NCBI GenBank assembly: GCA_963816605.1
Contig: CAWFLF010000013.1
Coordinates: forward strand, 8,347 to 72,346
DNA: 64,000 nucleotides
DNA from: an uncultured Actinomycetes bacterium
Lineage (GTDB): Bacteria > Actinomycetota > Thermoleophilia > Gaiellales > Gaiellaceae
Direction: 5' to 3'
The position numbers and the translations under genes are program-made. Within the stretch, counting starts at the first letter, position 1; each line of letters begins with the position of its first letter. This document shows positions 27,660-36,565 of the stretch, piece after piece. The notes beneath the pieces were generated by a model that ran no database searches, was not told where the DNA came from, and worked only from the letters and a program-made list of their open reading frames with translations.

Positions 27660-27872
27660 GTGGCCGTCGTAACCGAGACGATCCAGGTCAGCGGCATCCG
27701 CTGTGAGCGCTGCGTCATGCGGCTCGCGAAGATGCTGGAAGGGCATGAAGGCCTCGAAGAGGCCAACGCCAACCTGATGGGACAGGTCACACTCGCCTGG
27801 GACGACGAGCGCACGCAACGCGAGCAGCTGCTCGACGCGATGGCCCGCGGCGGCTTCCGCGAAATGGCCTGA
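27660..27872 (+). CDS. Heavy-metal-associated (HMA)-like small protein with a CxxC
   Basis: 70 aa: IQVSGIRCERCVMRLAKMLEGHEGLEEANANL..., consistent with a ferredoxin-like HMA fold. Confidence 0.6.
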   Translation: MAVVTETIQVSGIRCERCVMRLAKMLEGHEGLEEANANLMGQVTLAWDDERTQREQLLDAMARGGFREMA

Positions 27873-27927
27873 ATCAGACCTCAGTTCCACGACGCGGAAT
27901 GCGGTTGGACAGGCAAGCGTTTACGCC

Positions 27928-28548
27928 ATGAACACCTTGGTAGGGTGGCCCGGGATGAGCGAGACCACACGGGAGCCCGACGCAAGGCAGATCGCAACTG
28001 AAGCGCGCGACCGCGTGCGCTTCGAGGAGGACGCGCTTGCACTGTCGGATCAGGTCTATCGGGTCGCCCGCCATCTCGTCGGTTCTCGTGAGGAAGCCGA
28101 GGATCTGATGCAGGAGACCTATGCACGCGCGTTTCGCAGCTGGCGCTCGTTCACTCCCGGCACGAACCTGCGCGCCTGGCTGCTGCGGATCCTGACGAAC
28201 CTCAACATCGACCGGGGCCGCAAGCAGCAGCGCACACCTGACACGCAGCCGCTCGAGGAAGGGGACTACTTCCTCTACAACAAGCTCGAGGCATCCGGTG
28301 ACGGAGCTAGCGACGAAGATCGGGTGGTGGAGCGTCTCTCGCAGAACGACGTCGTCGCGGCGCTCTCCGAAGTACCCCATGACTTCCGCGACGTGGTCGT
28401 CCTGGTCGACGTCGGCGACTTCACGTACGCGGACGCCGCGCAGATCCTCGACATTCCGATCGGGACCGTGATGTCGCGACTGCACCGCGGGCGGCGTATC
28501 CTGAAGCAGGCGATGGCCGAGTCTGCGGTGGGAGGCGAGGAGGCATGA
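27928..28548 (+). CDS. ECF sigma factor, SigR/SigH-like by its partner
   Basis: EAEDLMQETYARAF...LRAWLLRILTN and DFRDVVVLVDVGDFTYADAAQILDIPIGTVMSRLHRGR. Confidence 0.9.
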   Translation: MNTLVGWPGMSETTREPDARQIATEARDRVRFEEDALALSDQVYRVARHLVGSREEAEDLMQETYARAFRSWRSFTPGTNLRAWLLRILTNLNIDRGRKQQRTPDTQPLEEGDYFLYNKLEASGDGASDEDRVVERLSQNDVVAALSEVPHDFRDVVVLVDVGDFTYADAAQILDIPIGTVMSRLHRGRRILKQAMAESAVGGEEA

Positions 28549-28784
28549 CGGCGTACGATCCCTGCGCGCACTGCGAGGAGATGATGCAGCCGTACATGGA
28601 CCGCGTGATCACGGATGCAGAACGCGCGGAGGCTGAATCGCATCTCGACGGGTGCTCGTACTGCCGCAAGCGGTACAAGTTCGAGGAAAGACTGCGTCAG
28701 TTCGTGCGTCAAGCGGTGGAGCGCGAACCGATGCCGGTCGAGCTCAAGACCAAGCTCGCCGGACTGCGTACCCCGCTGCAGTAG
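28545..28784 (+). CDS. RsrA-like ZAS anti-sigma factor
   Basis: 4-nt overlap with the sigma gene. CAHC near the N-terminus and HLDGCSYC (H-x3-C-x2-C). 79 aa, soluble. Confidence 0.8.
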   Translation: MTAYDPCAHCEEMMQPYMDRVITDAERAEAESHLDGCSYCRKRYKFEERLRQFVRQAVEREPMPVELKTKLAGLRTPLQ

Positions 28785-28787
28785 GCG

Positions 28788-29477
28788 CTATTCGCCCGGA
28801 CCGCGCGCAGGACCGACGATCACATACAGCTGGCAGGGCCCGGCCCCACCGGGGAGTGGCTTCGTCGCAACGCCGAGTTGTTTGGCGAGGCGGAAAGCGA
28901 CGCCCTCGCACTTCGGTGGGAAGAAGACCGCCGTCTGCGGATACGTGAAGTTGTCGGCGCGGGCGACCTTCTTGATGCTGTAGCCGAACGCACCGATACG
29001 GCTTGCGACCTGACGCGTGTAGTTGATGTCACCGCTGCCGTTCAGGACGTTGACCGGGATGCGCCACGGCGGCGGCAGAATGGCGCTGGGACCGCCTTGC
29101 GTCGGTTTGTCCCCTGAGCGTGGGATCAGAAGCAACGCCGCGAAGACGGCAAGAGCGATCACGACCCCTCCGACGACGAGCAGCCGGGGCAGCGGGCTTC
29201 GCGTGATCGGCTGCGGTGGGACGGGCAGACCGGCCAGTTCGCGCGTTTCGCGGTTGTCGAGCCCGAGCGCCGTTGCGTACAGAGCGGTTGCCATCAGCGC
29301 GTCGTCCGGCTTCGGGAAGCGATACACCCGTCCTTCCTCGAGCCAGCGCACTTCCTCGGCCGTGATGCCGGCGCGCCTGGCCGTCTCCTCGATGGTCAGC
29401 TGGCGGTGCAGGCGTGCGCGGGCCAGCGGTGACTCCTCGCCGTTCGGCTCGAGGGGTTGGACGAGCTCCATGCTCAT
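28788..29477 (-). CDS. HTH domain / single TM / LytR_C-domain protein
   Basis: C-terminal 229 aa of track ORF 28788-29972: LTIEETARRAGITAEEVRWLEEG, TM segment LLVVGGVVIALAVFAALLLI, then VNVLNGSG..G.A..V...L...G. The start may be 29483 or 29504. Confidence 0.7.
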   Translation of the reverse strand: MSMELVQPLEPNGEESPLARARLHRQLTIEETARRAGITAEEVRWLEEGRVYRFPKPDDALMATALYATALGLDNRETRELAGLPVPPQPITRSPLPRLLVVGGVVIALAVFAALLLIPRSGDKPTQGGPSAILPPPWRIPVNVLNGSGDINYTRQVASRIGAFGYSIKKVARADNFTYPQTAVFFPPKCEGVAFRLAKQLGVATKPLPGGAGPCQLYVIVGPARGPGE

Positions 29478-29511
29478 CCTCATTCTGGTCTCCGGGGCGG
29501 CCATCCTTCCT

Positions 29512-30015
29512 TCACCGATTGAGATCATCGGCATAATCGACGTCTCCTGGAGGGTCGAGGTCGTCGCAGACCACGAGTTGGGCCGGCAGGGCCCGTAGAC
29601 CGGCGTCTGGCACCTCATTCCAGACGGTGCGCGCCAGCAGGAGCGGGTGGAGACGGACGCCGCCGTAGGTGGCCGCGACACGGTCGGCTCCTTTCTCCCG
29701 CCAGACGGACACGACGCGATCGATCGCGCGCGAATCGAGCCTGGGGCCGTCGCCGAGGACGACGACTGCCGCGCCGACGTCGTCACCGAGCGCCGCGAGA
29801 CCGCACCGAAGCGAAGCACCAGGCCCGCGCTCCCAGTCCGGACAGTGCACGACGCGTTCACTCGCCATGACGTCGTGCGCGCCGAGCACGACGACGACAT
29901 CGTCGATTGCAGCGCTCGCGCGTACACGCTCCAGGATGGGCTCGAGGAGCACCGCTTGCTTCGGTGAGCCAAAGCGTGTCGCTGCCCCTGCAGCGAGCAC
30001 CACTGCGGAGATCAT
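29512..30015 (-). CDS. MocA/MobA-like nucleotidyltransferase (molybdenum cofactor cytidylyl/guanylyl-transferase family)
   Basis: MISAVVLAAGAATRFGSPK...LGDGP. 167 aa, adjacent to the Mo-hydroxylase operon. Confidence 0.75.
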   Translation of the reverse strand: MISAVVLAAGAATRFGSPKQAVLLEPILERVRASAAIDDVVVVLGAHDVMASERVVHCPDWERGPGASLRCGLAALGDDVGAAVVVLGDGPRLDSRAIDRVVSVWREKGADRVAATYGGVRLHPLLLARTVWNEVPDAGLRALPAQLVVCDDLDPPGDVDYADDLNR

Positions 30016-30024
30016 GTGGTCAGG

Positions 30025-30681
30025 CTACGGCGTGACGAGCATGCGCAGCACGACGACCCGCCGCGTCGGCTTCTCGTTCTCCGGGTTGCCGAGGCGGCCG
30101 ATCCTCCTGACCGTGCTCAATCCCTTGGTGACGACGCCGAGGATCGCGTACTCAGGCGGAAGGCCGGCGTTCGAGCTCGTGACCACGAAGAACTGGCTGC
30201 CGGCGGTTCCGGGCGGTTCGTCGGCGCTTTTGGCCATTGCGACGACACCCTCCGTGTAGAGCGAGTTGCGTGGCGGAACGTCACGGACGCTGTAGCCCGG
30301 ACCACCTCTGCCCGTTGCCGTCGGATCGCCTCCCTGGATGACGAAGCCGGGCACGATCCGGTGGAAGACTGTGCGGTCGAAGAAGTGTTTCCGCACCAGC
30401 GCGGCGAACGACGAGGTCGTGCACGGCGAGTCGCCGACGTCGAGGCGAATGTTGAACTGACCGAAGTTCGTCAGCACATCGACTGTGTGTGCCTTCTTCT
30501 TGTCGAGCAGCGGGAACGTCACCTGGTTGCCCTTGATCGGGCATGGGTTGGCCGCCTTGGGTTTTCCGCCACCGCAGCCCACGAGCGTGCAAACCGCGAA
30601 CGCAACCGTCAACGCCACGGCGGGCTTTGCCCGACGTGGCCACCCAGCGCCCAGAGAAGGGTCGCGCCGGAAAGTCATCAT
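30025..30681 (-). CDS. Cyclophilin-type peptidyl-prolyl isomerase, lipoprotein
   Basis: C-terminal 218 aa of track ORF 30025-31185. Lipobox TLVGC. FHRIVPGFVIQGGDP, GVVAMAKS, GSQFFV. ATGA overlap with the upstream gene. Confidence 0.85.
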   Translation of the reverse strand: MMTFRRDPSLGAGWPRRAKPAVALTVAFAVCTLVGCGGGKPKAANPCPIKGNQVTFPLLDKKKAHTVDVLTNFGQFNIRLDVGDSPCTTSSFAALVRKHFFDRTVFHRIVPGFVIQGGDPTATGRGGPGYSVRDVPPRNSLYTEGVVAMAKSADEPPGTAGSQFFVVTSSNAGLPPEYAILGVVTKGLSTVRRIGRLGNPENEKPTRRVVVLRMLVTP

Positions 30682-31550
30682 GGCTCGCGCGAAGCGCGAG
30701 CCGGACTTTCCGGCGGTAATACGGCGTCGTGCGCGCGACGAACGAGTGTGCGGGCGATCTCGGCCTTGTAGGCCGTGCCTGGTAGAGGCGTCGCTGCGTC
30801 GAGAGCAGTGGGCGAGTCGAGTGCCCAGGGAATTGGAGCTACTCCGGCGAGGGCGATGCGGACTTCGCCGTCGAAGCGCGCCGCGGCGACACCGACGATC
30901 GGAAACGCCCACTTCCTGCGGTCCATCGCCTTCAGGTAGATCGAAGCATCGGGCGCCGGAACCTCGAGCTCGAGGATCAACTCGTCGGGTGCGAGCGTCG
31001 TGACATTGCGGTCCTCGTCGGTGGGCAGTCGGTAGAGCTCCGCGATCGGAAGGTCGCGCCGCGTCGTATGAAGGGTGGCATTGAGCGCGAGTAGGGCTGC
31101 CGCAAGGTCCGAAGGGTGAGCGGACGCGCACTGGTCGTTGCCGAAGATCGCGTGCTCGCGGTGCGCGCCGTCCTTCGCCAAGCACGACTCACCACCGTGC
31201 AGCCAGCAGTCGAAGTCCAGCCGCCAGTACCAGCAGCGGGTCGCCTGCAGGAGATTGCCGCCGATCGTGCCCATCGCGCGCAGCTGCGGCGAAGCCGCCT
31301 GGCTGCAGGCCTCGCGCAGCGCCTGCGGGATCTGCGGAGCGACCTCGAGCTCCGCCAGTGTCGTGCCCGCGCCGATGCGGCTTCCTTTGATGCCGCGGGG
31401 GACGACTTCGCTGATGTGCACGAGGGTGTCGGCGCGAACGAGGCCGTCTCGCAACAGCGGGACGAGCTCCGTCCCGCCTGCGAGTGCGCGCGAGCCGTTG
31501 CCGAGCTCGCGGGTGGCTTCCTCGGTGCTAGACGGCCGCAGGAGCTCCAC
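30678..31550 (-). CDS. Xanthine dehydrogenase-family FAD-binding (medium, CoxM-like) subunit
   Basis: Trimmed to GTG 31550: VELLRPSSTEEA...ALAGGTELVPLL...ASPQLRAMGTIGGNL. Confidence 0.8.
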   Translation of the reverse strand: MELLRPSSTEEATRELGNGSRALAGGTELVPLLRDGLVRADTLVHISEVVPRGIKGSRIGAGTTLAELEVAPQIPQALREACSQAASPQLRAMGTIGGNLLQATRCWYWRLDFDCWLHGGESCLAKDGAHREHAIFGNDQCASAHPSDLAAALLALNATLHTTRRDLPIAELYRLPTDEDRNVTTLAPDELILELEVPAPDASIYLKAMDRRKWAFPIVGVAAARFDGEVRIALAGVAPIPWALDSPTALDAATPLPGTAYKAEIARTLVRRAHDAVLPPESPARASREP

Positions 31551-33792
31551 TGCGCTCCTTCTCCCGTGCGTCTGCCTCGTGCAGCGCGCGCAACATCTCT
31601 TCGCGGGTGATCGGCAGGGAGCGAATCTCCGCTCCGGTCGCGTCCCGAATCGCATTCGCAATCGCAGCGGCGACGGGAATGATCGGCGGCTCGCCGAGAC
31701 CCTTCGCGCCGAGGTTGGTGAGGTGTGGATCCGGGACGTCGACGAGGTCCGTGACGATCTCCGGGACGTCGGCGATCGTCGGCATCCGGTAGGCGTCGAG
31801 CGTACGGGTGAGGATCGAGCCAGTCGCCGGATCGACGATCCGCTCCTCCGACAGCGTGTGCCCGATGCCCTGGATGATCCCGCCCTCGACCTGGCTCTCC
31901 GCGCCGAGCGCGTTGATCACGCGGCCCACGTCGTGGATCGCGACGATCTTGTCGACCCGGATCTCTCCGGTCTCGACGTCGACCGCGATCTCCGCGACCT
32001 GGACGCCGAAGGTCAGGACCTGCATGCCGGCCGGATTCGGGCCGCGCGCTCCCTTGCCGAGGATCTGGCCGCTCTCGAGCAGGCCCGTCACCTCGGTGAG
32101 GGGCCAGGAGCCGCCGTCGGCCGAGACGATCTGGCCGTCACGAATGTCGAGCACCCGCTCCTCGAGGTGGAAGCGCTGGGCCGCGATCTCGATGATCTGG
32201 CGCTTGGCGTCACCGGCGGCCGAGCGCACCGCGGGTCCCATCGACGGCACAGTCGACGAACCGGCGGAGATCGACGCGAACGGTCCGCGGGCCGAGTCGC
32301 CGAGAGAGACCTGCACGTGGTCGAGGGGGACCCCGAGCTCCTCCGCCGCGATCTGGGCCATCGCCGTGCGCGTGCCCGTGCCGATGTCCTGCATCGCCGT
32401 CACGACCTGTGCGTGGCCGTCCGAGCCGATGCGGATCCACGCGTACGAGGGCGGCCCGCCGCCGCCGTACCAGATCTGCGACGCGAGACCGATCCCGTGC
32501 TTCCAGGGACCCTGGCTGCGCGCGCGAACCTCGTCGCGCTTCGCCCAGTGGGGCTCCGCGCGGCGATAACACTCGGCGAGGTTCTTCGACGAGAAAGGAC
32601 GGTCGTCGGTGCGGTCCGAGTCTGCGTAGTTGCGACGCCGCAATTCGAGCGGGTCGATGCCGAGCTTCGCCGCGAGCTCGTCGAGGAGGCACTCGAGTGC
32701 GAATGTTCCCTCGACGAAGCCGGGAGCTCGGAACGCAGCCATCGGCGGGAGGTTGAGCTTGACCGGGTACTGCGTCGTGCGCACGTTCTCGCACGCGTAG
32801 AGCATCTTCATCGGCCCTTCGGTCGTGGCCGACCACCCCGAGAAGCCGATGGCGTTGATGAAGTCGCCGCCGAGTGCAACGAGCGTTCCATCCGCGGTCG
32901 CACCGGCTGCAAGCCTCTGGATCGTGGCGTTGCGGTTGCCGCCGGCGAGATTCTCCTCACGCCGCGTGAGCGCGCACTTGACGGGCCGGGCAGTCCGCTT
33001 CGCGAGCTCGGCCGCAATCGCCGTGTAGTCGCCGGGACTGTTCTTCGCACCGAAGCCGCCGCCCATCGCGTGACAGATGACGCGCACCTTGTCGGGGGGC
33101 AGGCCGAGTTGGTCGGCCATCGAGGCGCGAATGCCCCAGATGTACTGCGTCGAGATGTAGATGGTGATCCCGTCGTCCTCCCAGTGACAGACGGCCTGAT
33201 GCGTCTCCATCGAGTTGTGGAGGACGACCTGCGTGCGGTACTCGGCTTCGACGACCACGTCTGCCTCGGCGAGCCCGCGCTCGAAGTTGCCGCGCTCGTA
33301 GTTCGCCACGTCGGAGACGAACGACTCCTGCCGCACCGCCTCGTCCGGGTCGAGCAGCGGCTCGAGCACCTCCCACTGGACCGCGATCCGCTCGACCGCA
33401 GCTTGCGCCTGGCCGAAGGTGTCGGCTGCGACCGCCGCTACCGCATGGCCCACATAGCCGGGCTCGTCGGTGAGCTGGTCGAGGTCGGCCGGACCGATCG
33501 CGGCGCGGACGCCGGGCGCGCTGCGCGCCGCCTCGAGGTCGATCGACGTCACTCGCGCGCGTGCGTAGGGACTACGAAGCACCGCGGTGTGCAGCATCGC
33601 GGGAAGCTGCAGGTCGGCCGTGTACGGCGCCTCGCCGCGGACGCGCATCAGGCCGTCGACGCGGGGCACGCTCTGTCCTACCGTCGTGAGAGGTCCCGCC
33701 GGCCATTGGTCGAGCGCGTCCTCGTCGACCACGATCCAGACTTCCTCGTAGCGTCCTTCGACTTCCTTCTCGGTGCGGATCAGTCTTGCCAC
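31528..33792 (-). CDS. Xanthine dehydrogenase-family molybdopterin-binding (large, CoxL-like) subunit
   Basis: Trimmed to GTG 33792: VPRVDGLMRVRGEAPYTADL, GGGFGAK, and the C-terminal GLGEPPIIPVAAAIANAI. Confidence 0.9.
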   Translation of the reverse strand: MARLIRTEKEVEGRYEEVWIVVDEDALDQWPAGPLTTVGQSVPRVDGLMRVRGEAPYTADLQLPAMLHTAVLRSPYARARVTSIDLEAARSAPGVRAAIGPADLDQLTDEPGYVGHAVAAVAADTFGQAQAAVERIAVQWEVLEPLLDPDEAVRQESFVSDVANYERGNFERGLAEADVVVEAEYRTQVVLHNSMETHQAVCHWEDDGITIYISTQYIWGIRASMADQLGLPPDKVRVICHAMGGGFGAKNSPGDYTAIAAELAKRTARPVKCALTRREENLAGGNRNATIQRLAAGATADGTLVALGGDFINAIGFSGWSATTEGPMKMLYACENVRTTQYPVKLNLPPMAAFRAPGFVEGTFALECLLDELAAKLGIDPLELRRRNYADSDRTDDRPFSSKNLAECYRRAEPHWAKRDEVRARSQGPWKHGIGLASQIWYGGGGPPSYAWIRIGSDGHAQVVTAMQDIGTGTRTAMAQIAAEELGVPLDHVQVSLGDSARGPFASISAGSSTVPSMGPAVRSAAGDAKRQIIEIAAQRFHLEERVLDIRDGQIVSADGGSWPLTEVTGLLESGQILGKGARGPNPAGMQVLTFGVQVAEIAVDVETGEIRVDKIVAIHDVGRVINALGAESQVEGGIIQGIGHTLSEERIVDPATGSILTRTLDAYRMPTIADVPEIVTDLVDVPDPHLTNLGAKGLGEPPIIPVAAAIANAIRDATGAEIRSLPITREEMLRALHEADAREKERSGAPAAV

Positions 33793-34217
33793 GTTCTGAT
33801 TGCCTCCTCGATCTTGGGATAGGTCCCGCAGCGGCAGATGTTTCCGGACATCGCGTGCCGGATCTCGTCCTGGGATGGGCTCGGGTTCGCCTCGACGAGC
33901 GCGGCGGCCGAGACGACCTGGCCGGGCGTGCAGAAGCCGCATTGCACGGCGTCGGTGCGAACGAATGCATGAACGAGCGGATGGTCGCGCAGGCCTTCGA
34001 TCGTCGTCACCTCACGCTCGCCGACCGTGTGGACGAGCGTGATGCACGACAGGGTCGGGACGCCGTCGAGCTGAACCGTGCAGGCGCCGCAATGGCCTTC
34101 ACCGCAGGCGATCTTCGTGCCGGTGAAGCCGAGGTCCTCGCGCAGCACCTGCGCGAGCGATCGCCCGACCGGGGCGTCATAAGGATGGGTCTCGCCGTTG
34201 ACGCGCAGCTCAGGCAG
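33780..34217 (-). CDS. Xanthine dehydrogenase-family [2Fe-2S] (small, CoxS-like) subunit; non-canonical (CTG?) start
   Basis: CGEGHCGACTV and CGFCTPG...CRCGTY cluster motifs. The conserved N-terminal strand LRVNGETH lies upstream of the track's GTG 34148 in a stretch with no ATG/GTG/TTG. The start coordinate is tentative. Confidence 0.75.
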   Translation of the reverse strand: MPELRVNGETHPYDAPVGRSLAQVLREDLGFTGTKIACGEGHCGACTVQLDGVPTLSCITLVHTVGEREVTTIEGLRDHPLVHAFVRTDAVQCGFCTPGQVVSAAALVEANPSPSQDEIRHAMSGNICRCGTYPKIEEAIRTWQD

Positions 34218-35388
34218 GCGTCGTCACCGCCACGATGTCGGCGAGATGGATGAGGCGGAAGGTCGCTCGCGTGTGTGCCATGCGGTCCCTTTCGTCCCCG
34301 TCTTCCGGCAGTGTCAACCACATGTCGTGCGCGACGGTGAGGAGCTCTCGGATCTGATCGAGCTCTTCGCGGTGCCCGTTGGCGCGGTCGTCGCAGGCGT
34401 TCAGCGCCAGACCGAGCACGCCGATCCGATCCTGCTGTCGGGTCCAGAGCAGTGGTGTGGCCATCGACAGGTACTGATGGATCCGCGCCAGCGAAATCGG
34501 CTGGGAGAAGGTCTCGATGCCCTTGGGCTTGGACGGCTCGAGCGGCGGCTCACCGTTCGCAATGCGATCGGCGTTGCCGGCGAGCACTCCGCGAACCTGC
34601 TCGTCGTTCAGCTGCGCGAGCCGCGCGGTGCGCAGCGAGATCAACAGCGAAGCAGGCTGCTGCCCGTAGGGGTAATCCGACGCATAGAGGACCTGTTCGG
34701 GCCCGACGAGGCGGTAGAGGCCAAGCAGGTCGAGCGGGCTCCAGACCGACGTGTCGAAGAAGACACCCGCCTTGCCGCCGAGCCGATCCGCGAGCGCGGC
34801 CAGGTCGGCGATTCCCGCGTGCGCGACGATGAGTTGCGCGTCCGGATTGCGATCGACTACGCGACCGAGGTCGTCCGCGATCGGCGGCAGGCCGCGGCCG
34901 CCGTGGATGAGGATCGGGACCTTCCGGTCGGCGGCGAGCTCGAAGATCGGGGAGAGGCGCTCGTCGTTCAGCAGGAACTTCTGCGCCCGGGGATGGAGCT
35001 TGATTCCCTTGGCGCCGCGGTCGAGCATCCGCGTCGCCTCGCCGATCGGATCCTCCGCGAGATCCAGGCGGACGAAGGGGATCATCCTCCCGTTCGAGCG
35101 CTCGCCGAAGGCCAGTGTTCTGTCGTTCCCGGCCTGGAAGCCCGGGTGGCGGTCGGGCTCGTCGAGGCAGAACATGAAACAGCGGGAGATCCCGTACTTG
35201 TCCATCCCGCGCTCGAGATCCTCGTAGATCCCCACCATGCCGTCGATGTCGGTGCCGAGATGCGTGTGAGCGTCGAAGATGTCGGCGCCCTCGGGTAGTT
35301 CCTTGCGCAGCTCGTCGTCCCACTGAGCCATCAAGTTCTGGGCACGCTGCAGCGCGTCGTTCACGCTTTGGAGTCTATGTAGTGGCAC
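34210..35388 (-). CDS. Amidohydrolase-family (TIM-barrel metal-dependent hydrolase) protein
   Basis: DAHTHLG, GIKLHP, ILIHGG, IVAHAG, ASDYPY. The start may be Met20 (35331). Confidence 0.75.
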   Translation of the reverse strand: MPLHRLQSVNDALQRAQNLMAQWDDELRKELPEGADIFDAHTHLGTDIDGMVGIYEDLERGMDKYGISRCFMFCLDEPDRHPGFQAGNDRTLAFGERSNGRMIPFVRLDLAEDPIGEATRMLDRGAKGIKLHPRAQKFLLNDERLSPIFELAADRKVPILIHGGRGLPPIADDLGRVVDRNPDAQLIVAHAGIADLAALADRLGGKAGVFFDTSVWSPLDLLGLYRLVGPEQVLYASDYPYGQQPASLLISLRTARLAQLNDEQVRGVLAGNADRIANGEPPLEPSKPKGIETFSQPISLARIHQYLSMATPLLWTRQQDRIGVLGLALNACDDRANGHREELDQIRELLTVAHDMWLTLPEDGDERDRMAHTRATFRLIHLADIVAVTTPA

Positions 35389-35428
35389 TTCGGCTCTGTT
35401 GGCGTAGCGCCCCGGTTAGGATTCGGCA

Positions 35429-36565
35429 GTGCCCGACGTGCTGATCTACGGCGACACGATCCGATCGCCCGAACTGCGCCACGAGGTGCCCGTTCCCATC
35501 GCGGACGCGTTCCTCTACGCCGAGAAGGGTGACCGCCGGATCGCGATCCTCCACTCCCTCGAGATTCCGCGCGTGCGAACGGACGCGCCCAACCTGGAGA
35601 TCGTGCCTCTCGAGGACCTCGGTTCCGACGAGCTCTTCACTCAGGGCCTGCAGGGGTGGGAAGTCATGCTCGAGCTGGCTGTTCGCGCCTGCCGCAAGCT
35701 CGGGATCGAGCGCGCCACCGTCCCGGAGAGCTTTCCGGTCGGACATGCAGACCATCTACGTGCGAACGGGATCGAGCTCGTCGTCGAGCGCGACCTCTTC
35801 GACAACCGCCGCCGCTCGAAGAACGAGACCGAGCTACGCGGGATTCGCAACGCGCAGAAAGCGTGCGAGGCGGCGCTCGACGCGTCGCGCGAGCTGCTGC
35901 GGCGCGCGCAGCCGAACGGCGCCGGCCTCGAGGTCGACGGCCGGCCGCTGACCTGCGAGCGTCTGAAGCGCGTGATCGAAGACGTCTTCGCGGATCACGA
36001 GGTCGAGGGCAGCGAGATGATCGTCGCGCACGGGCCGCAGACGGCGGTCGGGCACGACATGGGCTCGGGCGAGATCGCGGCGAACGAGCCGATCGTGTTC
36101 GATCTCTTCCCCAAGGACAAGGCCACCGGCTGTTACGCCGACATGACCCGCACGTACGTCGTCGGCGAGCCCTCGGACGAGGTCAAGGAGTGGTACCGGC
36201 TCGTCAAGGACGCACTCGAGACCTCGACTGCCGGCGTGAAGCCCGGCGTGAACGGGCGCAAGCTCTACGAGGAGGTCTGCGACATCTTCCACGAGGCCGG
36301 CTACAAGACCCAGCTCCACAAGGAGCCGGGCGAAGTGCTGGAGGACGGCTTCTTCCACGGCCTGGGTCACGGTGTGGGGCTCGAGGTGCACGAGCTGCCG
36401 TCGCTGGGGCGCATCGGACACGAGCTGATTCCCGGCGACGTCGTCACTGTCGAGCCGGGGCTGTACCGGTCGGGCTACGGCGGCCTGCGCCTCGAAGACC
36501 TCGTGCTCGTGACGAAAGACGGCCACGAAGTCCTCACGGACTACCCGTACGACCTCACGCCTTGA
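35429..36565 (+). CDS. M24-family Xaa-Pro aminopeptidase (PepP-like)
   Basis: VFDLFP...YADMTRT, HGLGHGVGLEVHE, TVEPGLY, LRLEDLVLVT. Confidence 0.85.
   Translation: MPDVLIYGDTIRSPELRHEVPVPIADAFLYAEKGDRRIAILHSLEIPRVRTDAPNLEIVPLEDLGSDELFTQGLQGWEVMLELAVRACRKLGIERATVPESFPVGHADHLRANGIELVVERDLFDNRRRSKNETELRGIRNAQKACEAALDASRELLRRAQPNGAGLEVDGRPLTCERLKRVIEDVFADHEVEGSEMIVAHGPQTAVGHDMGSGEIAANEPIVFDLFPKDKATGCYADMTRTYVVGEPSDEVKEWYRLVKDALETSTAGVKPGVNGRKLYEEVCDIFHEAGYKTQLHKEPGEVLEDGFFHGLGHGVGLEVHELPSLGRIGHELIPGDVVTVEPGLYRSGYGGLRLEDLVLVTKDGHEVLTDYPYDLTP

Noticed and set aside
31138-33822. Very long antisense ORFs in the track: 894 aa at 31138-33822, 645 aa at 59183-61120, 562 aa at 61227-62915, 418 aa at 12995-14251, 354 aa at 14744-15808, 460 aa at 56112-57494, and others.
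   Set aside because: Each lies opposite a gene with unmistakable family motifs. Their translations are Arg/Pro/Ala/Gly/Asp-rich with no recognisable motifs. This is the usual stop-codon-poor shadow frame of a ~70% GC genome.
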